Source of the DNA: an uncultured Chloroflexia bacterium
GTDB taxonomy: Bacteria; Chloroflexota; Limnocylindria; Limnocylindrales; CSP1-4
Length of the DNA: 64,000 nt
NCBI GenBank assembly: GCA_963707215.1
Contig: CAVPPB010000002.1
Location: forward strand, 224,001 to 288,000
Direction: 5' to 3'
The notes under the pieces: generated by a model
The model's database searches: none
What the model was told of the DNA's origin: nothing
What the model saw: only the letters and a program-made list of their open reading frames with translations
Shown here: positions 42,905 to 53,438 of the stretch, piece by piece
How positions within the stretch are numbered: position 1 is the first letter of the stretch
How the letters are laid out: the number at the start of each line of letters is the position of its first letter
Position numbers and translations under genes: made by a program

Positions 42905-43666
42905 ATGACCCGCTCGAACCGTCGGCGCGAACCGCGATCGGACCCCTGGCCGCTCATCGTCGTCGTGCTCGGCGCGGTCCTCCTCGCCCTTCTGGGCCTG
43001 GCAGCCCTCACCTTCCTGGGTAGCGGCCCCGGGGACGTGGCGTCGTCCCCGACCCCGGCCGGCTCACCGTCCGGATCGGCCGTCGCCAGCCCGTCCGCCA
43101 CACCGGCGCCGAGCACCTCGCCCATGCCGGCCGGCCCGTCGCCCGACCCGAGCTCTACCGTCGAGCCCAGTCCCGCGCCGAGCGCTTCGCCGACCACCGG
43201 CACCAGCCCGACCCCGGTCGCGAGTCCGTCGCCCGGGGTCGATCCTGTCACCGCCTGCACGGGCTCCGACGAGAACCGCGAGTTCTTCAGCCTGGCCGCG
43301 GACCAGCTCCCGTTCGACGTCTACTGTGGTTCCCTGCCGGGTGGCTGGACGTTGACCAGCGGCAGCTACCGGGGCACCGACGGTGGCCGCCTGCTCGTTG
43401 CCTATCAGCGCTCGGGCGGGGCAGCACTCTTCCTGCGGGAGGGCAACTTCTGCGCCGGCGCCGCCGGTGACCTGGCGTGTCTCCCCCAGGGGACCCCGCT
43501 CGGTCCCGCCCAATTCGGCGATCTCGAGGCCGACTTCGTGGCCACCGAGGGCGGGTACGCTGTCGTCGTGCGCGTCTCCCCGAAGCTGGCCTACGTCCTC
43601 GAGGCGATCGGCGTCGGCGAGGAGGGCACCCGCACCTACGCCGAGGACCTGGTCCTCGTCCCCTGA
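42905..43666 (+). CDS. Membrane-anchored Pro/Ser-rich hypothetical protein
   Basis: Single TM, PSP linker and a Cys-containing C-terminal domain. Confidence 0.7.
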   Translation: MTRSNRRREPRSDPWPLIVVVLGAVLLALLGLAALTFLGSGPGDVASSPTPAGSPSGSAVASPSATPAPSTSPMPAGPSPDPSSTVEPSPAPSASPTTGTSPTPVASPSPGVDPVTACTGSDENREFFSLAADQLPFDVYCGSLPGGWTLTSGSYRGTDGGRLLVAYQRSGGAALFLREGNFCAGAAGDLACLPQGTPLGPAQFGDLEADFVATEGGYAVVVRVSPKLAYVLEAIGVGEEGTRTYAEDLVLVP

Positions 43667-43712
43667 GCGGCGGTCCGGAGCCGGAGGCCCCGAGCCGGTG
43701 ACGGCGAGGGAT

Positions 43713-44084
43713 TCAGCCCGCGACGGTCACGTAGAGCTTGCGGACCGTCTCGACGATGTCCCAGCGCCCCGACCAGCCCTTCGGCAGCACGATGGCGTCA
43801 CCCTCGGTGAGATCGTGGACGCGGCCGTCGGCGTCGGTGATCCGAGCCCGACCCTCCAGGATGTGGACGGTCTCCGTGTCCGGTCGATCGACGATCGCCC
43901 AGCCGCCGGGCGTGCACTGCCAGATGCCGACCTGGATCCCGCCGTCCGGCGACTGGAAGATGACCCGGGTCCAGGTCTCGGGGTGGCCGCGGTCGGCGCC
44001 GGCCCGGGGGCCGGTCGGCTCCAGCTCCCCGAACAGGGTGTCGGTGAGTGCCGCGACGGCGGTGGGGATGGTGGTCTCGGTCAT
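43713..44084 (-). CDS. Cupin (DUF861/EutQ-like) protein
   Basis: GIWQCTPG, E...ILEG, PKGWSGRW and ETVRKLY. Confidence 0.88.
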   Translation of the reverse strand: MTETTIPTAVAALTDTLFGELEPTGPRAGADRGHPETWTRVIFQSPDGGIQVGIWQCTPGGWAIVDRPDTETVHILEGRARITDADGRVHDLTEGDAIVLPKGWSGRWDIVETVRKLYVTVAG

Positions 44085-44380
44085 CGTGGTCCTCCGGGTG
44101 GTACGCCGATGGTAGCTTGGGCCGGCCACCGGATTCGCGGGCTTCGGGCCACGATCCGCGACGCCATCGGGCCTCCTTCGCCCAGGTATCGGCGTCACCG
44201 ATGCAGTTCGGGGTCAGTGAGCGCGGCGGTGAGCGAGAGCCGGCGTATCCAGGCTCGCATCAGGCACGCTGAGCCACCATCCCATCGTCGGCGCCGATAG
44301 CCGCGGGCGCCGGCTGGCGCGGTATGCGGCGGGCGCGGGCAGACCAACGGCCCGGGGCCGACGACCGTCGGCAGGCCGGC

Positions 44381-45769
44381 TCAGTGGCTGGCGATGCGCT
44401 CGGCGAGGGATCGGCCGCTCGGTGGCTGGTCGGTCTGTTCGGCCTTCTCGTCCACCTTGCCGATCGCCCATTGCGCGTAGCGGACGCCGATGTAGCGGAG
44501 CGGCTCGGGCTCCCAGTCTCGGGAGCGGTGGTTGGCAAGCGGCAGCTCGGTCAGCTCCGACGGCGTCCCCAGGACGAGGTCGGCCAGGGTCCGCCCGGCC
44601 AGGTTCGCCGTCGAGACCCCGTGGCCGATGTAGCCGCGAGCCGTCCCGATCCCGGTTCGCGGATCGTAGGCGACCGTCGGGTGCCAGTCGCGGGGCATGC
44701 CCAGCGGTCCGCCCCAGGCGTGGCTGAAGCGCACCTCGCGAAGGGCCGGGAACCATGACCTCGCCATCCGCCGCAGCCGCTCGTGGGTCACCTCGTGGTG
44801 GTCGTACTCGTCACGGATCGGCGACCCGAAGCGGTATGGCGCCCCCCGCCCGCCGAACAGGATCCGATCGTCTTCGGTCCGCGACAGGTAGTCGACGGTC
44901 AGCCGGGTCGAGGCGAGGACCTCGCGGTCGGCCCAGCCGATCCGCTCCCACTGGGCCGCGGTCAGCGGCTCGGTCAGGACGATGAGCGACCAGACCGGGA
45001 TGAGCGAGCGGTGGAGCCGCGGCAGCCCGGTGAGGTAGGCCTCGCCGGTCAGCAGCACCTGTTCGGCCCGGACCTCGCCACACGGCGTCACGAGGGTCGC
45101 CCGACCCGAGGCGTCGCGGCCCCGCCAGTCGGTGACCTCGGTCTGCTCGACGATCCGGCCGCCCCGCCGTTCCACGAGCGACCCCAGGCCCCGGGCCAGC
45201 CGTCCGGGGTGGACGACAGCGGCGGTCGGGGAGGCCAGGCCGCGGACGGCGCCCTCGATCCGGACCCGCTCGGCGACCGCGGCCGCGTCGAGAAGCTCAT
45301 AGCGATGGCCGAACCCGAACCGCTCGTACTCGCGGTAGGCCTCCTCGAGCGACGGCACGCCGTAGGCACCGCGGGCGACGATCAGGCTGCCGCCCTTGTG
45401 GAAGCCGATGTCGAGCCCCTCGTCGGCGGCCACCCTGCCGACCTCGTCCACGGCGTCGTAGGTCGCCTGCTGGGTACGCCGGGCCGCCGTGAAGCCGTGC
45501 AGGCGCTCGAGGCGCGACATCGAGATGTTGAGGTCCGGGGCGCACCAGGCGCCGTTCCGTCCGGAGGCTCCGAAGCCGGCGATCTCGCGCTCCACGACCA
45601 GGACCCGCAGCGACGGCTCACGGCGAAGGAGGTAGTAGGCGGTCCAAAGCCCCGAGTAGCCGGCGCCGAGGATCGCCACGTCGACATCGGTCGAACCATC
45701 CAGCGCCGGCCGCGGGGTCAGGTCGCCGGCCGTCTCGAGCCAGAAGGACACGTCGCGGTAGTCACGCAC
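44381..45769 (-). CDS. FAD-dependent oxidoreductase (PuuB/DadA family)
   Basis: SFWLE, DVAILGAGYSGLW, GASGRNG and GY.GHGV. Confidence 0.9.
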   Translation of the reverse strand: MRDYRDVSFWLETAGDLTPRPALDGSTDVDVAILGAGYSGLWTAYYLLRREPSLRVLVVEREIAGFGASGRNGAWCAPDLNISMSRLERLHGFTAARRTQQATYDAVDEVGRVAADEGLDIGFHKGGSLIVARGAYGVPSLEEAYREYERFGFGHRYELLDAAAVAERVRIEGAVRGLASPTAAVVHPGRLARGLGSLVERRGGRIVEQTEVTDWRGRDASGRATLVTPCGEVRAEQVLLTGEAYLTGLPRLHRSLIPVWSLIVLTEPLTAAQWERIGWADREVLASTRLTVDYLSRTEDDRILFGGRGAPYRFGSPIRDEYDHHEVTHERLRRMARSWFPALREVRFSHAWGGPLGMPRDWHPTVAYDPRTGIGTARGYIGHGVSTANLAGRTLADLVLGTPSELTELPLANHRSRDWEPEPLRYIGVRYAQWAIGKVDEKAEQTDQPPSGRSLAERIASH

Positions 45770-45828
45770 GGCCGGCAGCGTAGCGAGGGCGGTCGTGCCC
45801 GGCGGTGCCCGTCGCACGCGGTGGGTCG

Positions 45829-47067
45829 TCAGCCTCGGGCCGGCAGGTCGAAGCGCTGCTGGGCCCGATCGGCCAGCTCGCGGGCGATGGCCAGCGAGGC
45901 CGTGGCCGCCGGCGACGGGGCGTTGCGAACGTGGAGGACCCTGCCGGTGCCGCCGAGGCGGAAGTCGTCGACCAGCGAGCCGTCGGGGTCCAGCGCCTGG
46001 GCTCGCACGCCCGACGGCCCGAAGACCAGATGCTCTGAGCGAAGCTCGGGGACGAACCGCTGGAGCTCGGCCAGGAAGGCCGGCTTGCGCCAGTCGCGCC
46101 ACATCTCGCCGAGCCCGGTCCGCCAGAACCGCCGGGCCAGCCGCAGGAAGCCGCGGTCGGCCAGGATTCCGGCCAGCTCGCGCGGGGCGAGGTCACGGCG
46201 CCGATAGCCCTCTCGGGCGAACGCCAGGACCGCGTTCGGACCGGCCCAGACCTCGCCGTCGATGCGCTTGGTGAAGTGGACGCCCAGGAACGGGAACCGC
46301 GGGTCCGGTACCGGGTAGACGAGCCCGCGGACGAGGTGGCGGGCTTCGGGGGTGAGCGTGTAGTAGTCGCCGCGGAACGGGACGATCCGCTCCGGGCCGG
46401 TGTCGCCGGTCAGCGCGGCGACCCGGTCGGCCCACAGCCCTGCGCAGGCGACGACGCCACGGGCCCGGACCTCGTCGCCGGGACTGCCGTCGTCGCGCTC
46501 CGTCCGGACGATCAGCTCGGCGTCCCGCTGCTCGATCGAGGCCACGCGCGCGCCCGTCCGGATCTCCCCGCCGGCCGCCCGGACGTCCTCGGCGCAGGCC
46601 TGGGCGACCCGCCGGAAGTCGACGATCCCGGTGGTCGGGCTCCACAGCCCGCGGACCCCGACGACGTGCGGCTCGAGCTCGCGCATCCGCTGGGGGCCGA
46701 CGAGCTCGAGCCCGGGCACGCCGTTCTGCTCGGCCCGGGCACGGAGCGCCTCCAGTCCCGGCACCTCGGCCTCGGTCACGGCGACCACCAGCTTGCCGCA
46801 GCGCTCCAGCGGGATGTCCCGCTCATCGGCGAGGCGCTCAAGGGCCGCCTTGCCTTCGCGGCAGAGCCGGGCCTTCAACGATCCCGGGGCGTAGTACAGC
46901 CCGGCGTGGACGACCCCGCTATTGCGGCCGGTCTGGTGGGTCGCCAGCTCGGCCTCCTTCTCGAGGACGACGAGCCGGCCACCGGGCGACCGGGCGAGCA
47001 GCTCGCGGGCCGTCGCCAACCCCAGGATGCCGCCGCCGATGACGGCGACGTCGAACGCCTCGCTCAC
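45829..47067 (-). CDS. lhgO: L-2-hydroxyglutarate oxidase
   Basis: HQTGRNSGVVHAGLYY.PGSLKA, YPVPDPRFPFLGVHFT and NAPSPAATASL. Confidence 0.92.
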   Translation of the reverse strand: MSEAFDVAVIGGGILGLATARELLARSPGGRLVVLEKEAELATHQTGRNSGVVHAGLYYAPGSLKARLCREGKAALERLADERDIPLERCGKLVVAVTEAEVPGLEALRARAEQNGVPGLELVGPQRMRELEPHVVGVRGLWSPTTGIVDFRRVAQACAEDVRAAGGEIRTGARVASIEQRDAELIVRTERDDGSPGDEVRARGVVACAGLWADRVAALTGDTGPERIVPFRGDYYTLTPEARHLVRGLVYPVPDPRFPFLGVHFTKRIDGEVWAGPNAVLAFAREGYRRRDLAPRELAGILADRGFLRLARRFWRTGLGEMWRDWRKPAFLAELQRFVPELRSEHLVFGPSGVRAQALDPDGSLVDDFRLGGTGRVLHVRNAPSPAATASLAIARELADRAQQRFDLPARG

Positions 47068-47171
47068 CGAGGGCCTGCCTCGGCTGACCCGACCCGCTCG
47101 ATCCACCATCGCCCCAGCATCTCGCTGGCAGGGTACGCTCAACGGACCAGCGACGGAGGGAGACAACGACC

Positions 47172-48164
47172 GTGACGACGATCGGCTACGCCGCGATGCT
47201 CGAGCAGTTCCACCCGACCGACCTGCTCGACTGGTGCGAGGCCGCCGAGGGGGCCGGCTTCTCGGCCGGCTTCATGGTCTCCGAACACTTCCACCCCTGG
47301 ACCCCGCAGCAGGGCCAGAGCGCCTTCGCCTGGTCGTTCATGGGTGCGCTCGGTCAACGGACCAGCCTGCCGTTCGGCTGCGCCGTCACCTGCCCGGGGT
47401 TCCGATATCACCCGGCGGTCATCGCCCATGCCGCGGCGACCCTCGGTGCGATGTACCCGGGTCGCTTCTGGCTCGGCCTCGGCGCCGGCGAGGCGCTGAA
47501 CGAGCACATCCTCGGCGGCGAGTGGCCGGAGATCGGCGTCCGCAGCTCGATGCTCTTCGAGGCCATCGAGGTCATCGACAAGCTGTTCACGGGCAAGGTC
47601 GTCCGCCACCGCGGCGAGCACTTCAAGCTCGAGAGCGCCCGGCTGTACACGATCCCGCCGGAGGGCCAGCGGGTCCCGATCTTCGTGGCGACCGCGGGAC
47701 CCCTCAACGCGAAGCGCACCGGCCGGTACGCCGACGGGATGATCACCGTCGGGGCTGCCGACGAGAAGATCAAGATGCTCTGGCAGAAGTGTGACGAGGG
47801 CTGCGCCGAGGCGAACAAGCCGCTCGGTACGCCGAAGCTCCTGCAGGTCCACGTCTCCTGGGCCCGGACGGACGAGGAGGCGGTCGACCAGGCGGTGCGG
47901 GAGTGGCCCAACGGCGGGATGCCCTTCCCCAAGCAGGACATCAAGAACCCCGAGGACTTCGCCGCGATGGCCAAGCTGGTCGGACCGGAGGACTTCGTCA
48001 ACCGGGTCCTGATGACCAGCGACCTCGATGCCCATCGGGCCCACATCCAGCACTACATCGACATGGGCTTCGACGAGGTCCACGTCCACAACGTCGGTCG
48101 CAACCAGGCCGAGTTCATCGAGGCCTTCGGCGCGGAGGTCCTGCCGGCCCTTCGGCTCGACTGA
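47172..48164 (+). CDS. F420-dependent LLM-class oxidoreductase (G6PDH-like family)
   Basis: EQFHP, SEHFHPW, VTCPGFRYHPA and GAGEALNEH. Confidence 0.9.
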   Translation: MTTIGYAAMLEQFHPTDLLDWCEAAEGAGFSAGFMVSEHFHPWTPQQGQSAFAWSFMGALGQRTSLPFGCAVTCPGFRYHPAVIAHAAATLGAMYPGRFWLGLGAGEALNEHILGGEWPEIGVRSSMLFEAIEVIDKLFTGKVVRHRGEHFKLESARLYTIPPEGQRVPIFVATAGPLNAKRTGRYADGMITVGAADEKIKMLWQKCDEGCAEANKPLGTPKLLQVHVSWARTDEEAVDQAVREWPNGGMPFPKQDIKNPEDFAAMAKLVGPEDFVNRVLMTSDLDAHRAHIQHYIDMGFDEVHVHNVGRNQAEFIEAFGAEVLPALRLD

Positions 48165-48203
48165 GGCCGGCGCGGCCGGTGAGCGACGGCTCTCCGTCCC
48201 CGG

Positions 48204-49617
48204 TCAGCCCGCCTTCCGATACCGCCGGGCGATCAGCGCGTAGGCCGGCAGCCGGGCCGCCAGCGCCTCGCTGACCGGCGGGGCCGGGCGGCCGTCGCGT
48301 CCTTCGACGGCCAGCAGCAGATCCGTCGCCGTCGCGTCCGCCGGCCGGGCGTCGACCTCGGCCAGGTCGATCGCGACCTGGCCCGGAACCGCCCCACCGA
48401 GCTCCGCGATCCGGTCGTCCGGCCGCCTGCCGGCCTCGTACTCGAGCCGCAGCTCGGCCTCCGAGCGCCAGGTCGGGCGGCGCAGCAGGATGGCCCGCCA
48501 GGCGTCGGCCACAACCGGTTCGACCGTCCCGTCGCCCGGCCGTGGCGTCGACGACAGCCGCTCGCCGCGGGCCCACAGGGCGGCCTGGTGGAGCAGGGCG
48601 TACTCGTCGAGGTCGGCGTAGTCGGACAGCCGCTCGGCCGGCGAACCCTCGCCGAAGATGGCCCGGACGCTCGGCCCGAAGACCCCGGCCAGGTCGAGGT
48701 CGATGGCCCGCACGGTGCGGTGGAAGTAGACGTTCCGGTACATGAACAGGCGGGCCGTCAGGAACATCTCGAGCGCCCCCAGGCCCGGCTCGTAGAGCGT
48801 CAGCCCACGCTCCGAGACGAACGTGTAGCGGCGCAGGCGCTCGACGTCGACCGGCCCGATGGCGACCCCCGTCAGGTAGGCGTCGCGGCGGACGAAGTCG
48901 AGGTTGTCGACGGTGAAGACGCCCGAGAAGAGCGGCTGGAGCCAGCGCACCCAGCGTGGCATCGCTGGGTCGGCCAGGGCCGGCTTGGAGACGAGGAAGG
49001 CGACCCAGCGCGGGTCGATCGACTCGCCGTCCGCGAAGGCGTCGAGCTCGGGGCGTCCGCCCGGCGCCCGGCGCAGCGCCCGGATGAGCCCAGCCAGCTC
49101 GGCCTCGATGATCCGCTGCGAGAGATCCTCGTGGGAGAGCGGCTTGCCGGCCGGCCGGCGCGGGTCGCTCGGGGGCAGGGTAGGCGGCCAGGACCTGCTC
49201 GTCGAAGAAGTGGGCGAACGGCCCATGGCCGACGTCGTGGAGCAGCCCGGCGACGCGGAGGGTCTCGACGACGAGGCCCTCCGAGGGGATCAGCTCCGTC
49301 GGCGCCACCGCCGCGAGTGCCTGCCGCAGCGACGGATACAGCGAGCGGCCCCAGAGGCCGGCCTCGTGCATGACGCCCAGGCCGTGGGTGAACCGCGAGT
49401 GCTCGGCGGTCGGGAAGACCCAGCGGCCGCTCTGGAGCTGGCTGATCCGGCGGAGGCGCTGGAGCCAGGTCGTGTCGAGGAGGTCCTCCTCGGCGACGTC
49501 CTCGGCGGCCAGCCCGGCCGCCGCCGCCTCGTCGGGCCCGAGCCGCTTCGTCAGCTCGACGTAGCCATGGATGGGATCCGAGATGAGGTTCACCGCACTG
49601 AACGGATGGCGGCGCAT
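48204..49617 (-). CDS. HD-domain phosphohydrolase (SAMHD1/COG1078-like dNTPase family), +1 frameshift in the G5 run at 49171-49175
   Basis: DPIHGY, QRLRRISQL, AEHSRFTH.LG and LLHDVGHGPFAH; then D.LD..RRD and MY.NVYFH in the next frame. Confidence 0.88.
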
Positions 49618-50628
49618 CAGCCGTCCTCGCCGTCGCTCGGGTAGAGGTCGGCCATCCGGCTGGCCGTCGCGGCGACGTCGGCACGAAGGTCGGGCGGTCC
49701 GAGCACCTCGACGTCGTCGCCCCAGGACAGGATCCAGAGCCGGACCTCGATGGTCCCGCTGACGATCGCCCGCCAGACGATCGAGCCGTCGGGCTCGGCC
49801 TCCACCCGCTGGCTCGGATGCCAGGTGGCCTCCTGGACGCGGGCGGCGACCGCGGGGCGGAAGCGCAGGACGATCTCCGTCGGCGGCTGGTCGGCGATGA
49901 TGTCCCAGGCCAGCGGGAGCGAGTCCTCGACCGTCGCCTCGGTCGGCTCGAAGGTCTCCGCCGTGACCGTCAGCTCGCGGATCCGCTCGATCTTGAACGT
50001 CCTGACGGCGCCGCGTGACTCGTCGAAGCCGATGAGGTAGAGCGCATGGGTGACCAGGGACGGCTCGATGAGGTACGGGCGGACCCTGGCCTGCCGGGGC
50101 GTCGCGTCGCGGCCCTCGTAGGCGACCCGGCTCATAGGTCAGGTCGACGATCCGTCGGTCGGCCCAGGCCCTGGTCAGCTGGTGGACGTGCCGCTCGAAT
50201 CGCTCGTCCCGCGGCCGCTCGGCCATGCCCTGGAGGGTCCGCTCCACGTGGGCGGCCAGCGTCGGCGGCAGGACCTCGCGCAGCTTCTGGAAGGCCGCTG
50301 CCAGGTCGGGGTCGTAGCTGTCCGCGTAGCGGGCCATGAGGCGTGACGACAGGACGACCGCCATCGCCTCCGGCAGGGTCAGCTTGAGCGGCGGCAGGAA
50401 GCCCTCGCCCGCCACGCCCCAGCGGCCGGCCCCGTCGCTCCAGACCGGGACTCCGATCTCGTCCTCGAGCGCCCGCAGGTCGCGGTAGACCGTCCGTCGA
50501 CTGACCCCGACCCGTCGGGCGATCTCGTCGATGCGGACCCCGGCCTCGCCGTGGCCCTGGAGGACCTGGACGACCCGGTAGAACCGGGCCAATCGGTCGC
50601 GCTTGCCGCCGCGTTCGTCCTCGAGCAT
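49617..50628 (-). CDS. HTH-WYL-WCX transcriptional regulator (PafB/C-like), +1 frameshift near 50126-50128
   Basis: IARRVGVSRRTVYRDL; then R.VRPY..LYLIG.D..R..RTFKIERI, WHPSQ and WILSWG..VEVLGP..LR. Confidence 0.9.
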
Positions 50629-50641
50629 CCGTCCTCCCCCT

Positions 50642-51823
50642 TCAGTTCGGCCGCGGGATCGAGACCGGCTCGCCCCGGCGCGTCGCGTCGAGGGTCACCC
50701 GGATCGTTCCCAGGACGCCGGCCGGCGTCATCGCCGCACCCTCGCCGTTGAGATAGCCATCCAGCCGCCCCAGCTGGCTGTCGGCGAAGACCCAGTAGTC
50801 CAGCTCGCCGCGCCAGCGCTCGACGGCCTCCGGGTCGACGAGCCAGTCGATCTGCGGGAAGGCGGCCCGGAAGGTCGGACCGTCGACGGCGATCCGACAG
50901 CGTCGAGCGAGGGCGCCCTCCACCAGGTCCGTGCCGCGATCCTCGGCCGCGACCCGGTTCCCGGCGGTGAGGGCGGTGGCCACGACGTTGAGGTCGAGCA
51001 GGCTCGGATCGAGCGAAGCGGGATCCACCGGGGTCCATCCGCTGCCGGGCGCCAGGACCCAGCCCTGGTCGCCCCGGCGGACGACCCCATGCGGGCCCAG
51101 GACGATCCCCGATGCCGCGAACCCGGACCAGCGGACGTCGGAGCCGTCCCGGACGCCCTCGGCCTCGCCCCAGCCCGCGGCCCGCTGGTCGACGGTCGAG
51201 CGGAGCTCGAGTCGGACGCGGGCGGTCGTCCCGGCAGCCAGCGGCCCGTCGCATGGCGGCGGCTCGAGCTCGGGGTCGGTGGGACCGTACGGCGAGCTCG
51301 CCGCGGGTCGATCGCGGACGGCCCGGTCGTTGGCGATCGCGGCCGTGGCGAACGGGACCGCCGCCACCAGGAGGAGGCCCGCGGCGATGCCCGAGCCCAG
51401 GGTCAGGCGCGGACGGCGCAGGCTCGACTCGCCCAGGATCCGCCGGGCCACGCCCAGGCCCGCGAACAGGGCCGTGCCAGCCATCGCGAGGAGCCAGGGG
51501 TAGCCGGCCTCGACCGACGGCAGGAGCGTCTGCGGGCCCCCCGAGGTGAGCTGCTCGACGAGCGCCAGGATCGACGGGGTGAGCAGGAGGGCGGCCCCGA
51601 TCCCGAGCCACGCCACGACGGCGAATGCCCGGTCGCCGCGGGCGACCGGCGGCCAGGCCAGGGCCAGGCCCGCGACGATGACCGCGGGGATAGCCGCCAG
51701 GCCGACGAGGAGATCGGCCGGACCGCCCGGCCGGTAGCCGACCAGGACGAGGACGGCAGCCGCCGCCCAGGCGATCGTCAGGATCCCGGCCAGGAGGCGG
51801 AGCTCGAAGCGTCTGACGCGCAT
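50642..51823 (-). CDS. Hypothetical membrane protein (about 5 TM plus an extracytoplasmic domain)
   Basis: Hydrophobic N-terminal half, GYRPGGP, and a soluble C-terminal half; co-oriented upstream of the WYL gene. Confidence 0.7.
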   Translation of the reverse strand: MRVRRFELRLLAGILTIAWAAAAVLVLVGYRPGGPADLLVGLAAIPAVIVAGLALAWPPVARGDRAFAVVAWLGIGAALLLTPSILALVEQLTSGGPQTLLPSVEAGYPWLLAMAGTALFAGLGVARRILGESSLRRPRLTLGSGIAAGLLLVAAVPFATAAIANDRAVRDRPAASSPYGPTDPELEPPPCDGPLAAGTTARVRLELRSTVDQRAAGWGEAEGVRDGSDVRWSGFAASGIVLGPHGVVRRGDQGWVLAPGSGWTPVDPASLDPSLLDLNVVATALTAGNRVAAEDRGTDLVEGALARRCRIAVDGPTFRAAFPQIDWLVDPEAVERWRGELDYWVFADSQLGRLDGYLNGEGAAMTPAGVLGTIRVTLDATRRGEPVSIPRPN

Positions 51824-52153
51824 CGCCGCCAGTCTAGCGGCCGCATCTGCCCGTACCCCCATCGCCCAGGACCCATGGGTCATCGACGTGACCCGGTGGC
51901 GATGCCATCGTCACCGCACCACACCGGACCGGGTCCCATCGACCTGGACCCACCGGACCGAAAAGCCACCGCCGCCCCGGTCCCTCCCCGTGGCGTCGGC
52001 TCCCTCCCGAAGCGGCGCGATCCCTCCTCCCGCGCCGCTTCGGCGTGTTCGCGGTCCGCATCGGCAGTCGCGCCGCGCCTGGGACGAGGGCGCCGGGTGG
52101 GCTAGAATCGCCGCTCCGCCCGCCTGGCGGATCAGAAACGGAGTGAGGATGAC

Positions 52154-53419
52154 ATGACCGAACGCGAACCCGGGGACCCGGGCGCGACCCCGGAGCCGTC
52201 GGGCGACGCTCCGGCCGCCCCGGAGCCGACCCCCACCGAGCCGACCCCCACCGAGCCGACCCCCACCGAGCCCACCTCGGCCGCAGGCGATGCGGCCGCC
52301 GCCACGGCCGCCGCCGGCGCGACCGGCGCAGCCGCCGGGGCAGGTACCCCTGCGCCGAGCAGCCCTCCGCCACCCACGACGCCACCCACGTCCACGACCA
52401 CGACGGCCGGCCCGACCGGCGGGGACAACCGCACCCTGCTCCTCCTCGGCCTCGCCGTCATCGTCATCGCGGTCATCGCTGCCCTGCTCCTGCTCAACCA
52501 GGGGAACGGTGAGAGCGGCGCCACTCCCGAGCCGTCCGCTTCTGCCAGCGCCGAGGCCAGCGCGTCGCCGGAGGCCAGCCCGTCCGAAGAGCCGTCGCCT
52601 GAGCCGAGCCTCGACGCCTGCGCGATCGAGAACCTGGCCGTGGCGACCGCCGGCCAGCTGACCGTCGGCACCGACAACCCGGCCTACCCGCCGTACTTCG
52701 AGGCCGGCGACGGCCCCTTCACCGAGCCGTGGGAGGACCTCGGCTTCACCGGCGATCCGGGCAGCGGCAAGGGCTTCGAGAGCGCGGTCGCCTACGCCGT
52801 GGCCGAGGAGCTCGGCTTCGGCGCCGACGAGGTCAGCTGGGTCGTCGTGCCGTTCGCCAACGCCTTCGCCCCGGGACCCAAGGAGTTCGACTTCGTCATC
52901 AACCAGGTCTCCTACAAGCCTGAGCGGGCCGAGGCCGTCGACCTGACCGAGGGCTACTACGAGCTCAACCAGGCCGTCGTCGCCCTCAAGGACAACCCGG
53001 CAGCCGCCGCGACCACGCTCGCCGAGCTGAAGGCGTTCAAGTTCGGTGCCCAGGTCGGGACGACCAGCTACGACGCGATCATCAACGTCATCGCGCCGGC
53101 AACGGACCCGTCGGTCTACGACACGAACGACGCCGCGATCGAGGCGCTCAAGGCGAAGCAGATCGACGCTATCGTCGTCGACCTGCCGACGTCGGACTTC
53201 ATCACCCGGGTCCAGATCGACGATGGCTCGGCGACGATCGTCGGCCAGCTCGAGCCCTTCGGCGGGACCCCCGAGTACTTCAGCCTGGTCATCGAGAAGG
53301 ACAGCGCGCTGACGGACTGCGTCAACGCGGCGCTCGGCTCGCTCCGCGATGCCGGCGCGCTCGACGACCTTGCCGCCGAGTGGCTCCCGTTCCAGGAGGA
53401 CGTCCCGTTCATCAAGTAG
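52154..53419 (+). CDS. Polar amino acid ABC transporter substrate-binding protein (TM-anchored)
   Basis: LTVGTDNPAYPPY, GFE..VA, ERA..VD..GYY and GAQVGTT. Confidence 0.9.
   Translation: MTEREPGDPGATPEPSGDAPAAPEPTPTEPTPTEPTPTEPTSAAGDAAAATAAAGATGAAAGAGTPAPSSPPPPTTPPTSTTTTAGPTGGDNRTLLLLGLAVIVIAVIAALLLLNQGNGESGATPEPSASASAEASASPEASPSEEPSPEPSLDACAIENLAVATAGQLTVGTDNPAYPPYFEAGDGPFTEPWEDLGFTGDPGSGKGFESAVAYAVAEELGFGADEVSWVVVPFANAFAPGPKEFDFVINQVSYKPERAEAVDLTEGYYELNQAVVALKDNPAAAATTLAELKAFKFGAQVGTTSYDAIINVIAPATDPSVYDTNDAAIEALKAKQIDAIVVDLPTSDFITRVQIDDGSATIVGQLEPFGGTPEYFSLVIEKDSALTDCVNAALGSLRDAGALDDLAAEWLPFQEDVPFIK
52223..52276. repeat. 15-bp tandem repeat (EPTPT x3.5)
   Basis: gagccgacccccacc units. Confidence 0.9.
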
Positions 53420-53438
53420 CGACCGCCGACCAGCCGTC

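Noticed and set aside
48115-50628. 837-aa ORF suggesting a WYL-HD fusion protein
   Set aside because: Artefact of the two frameshifts; the corrected frames give two separate genes with a TGATG overlap.
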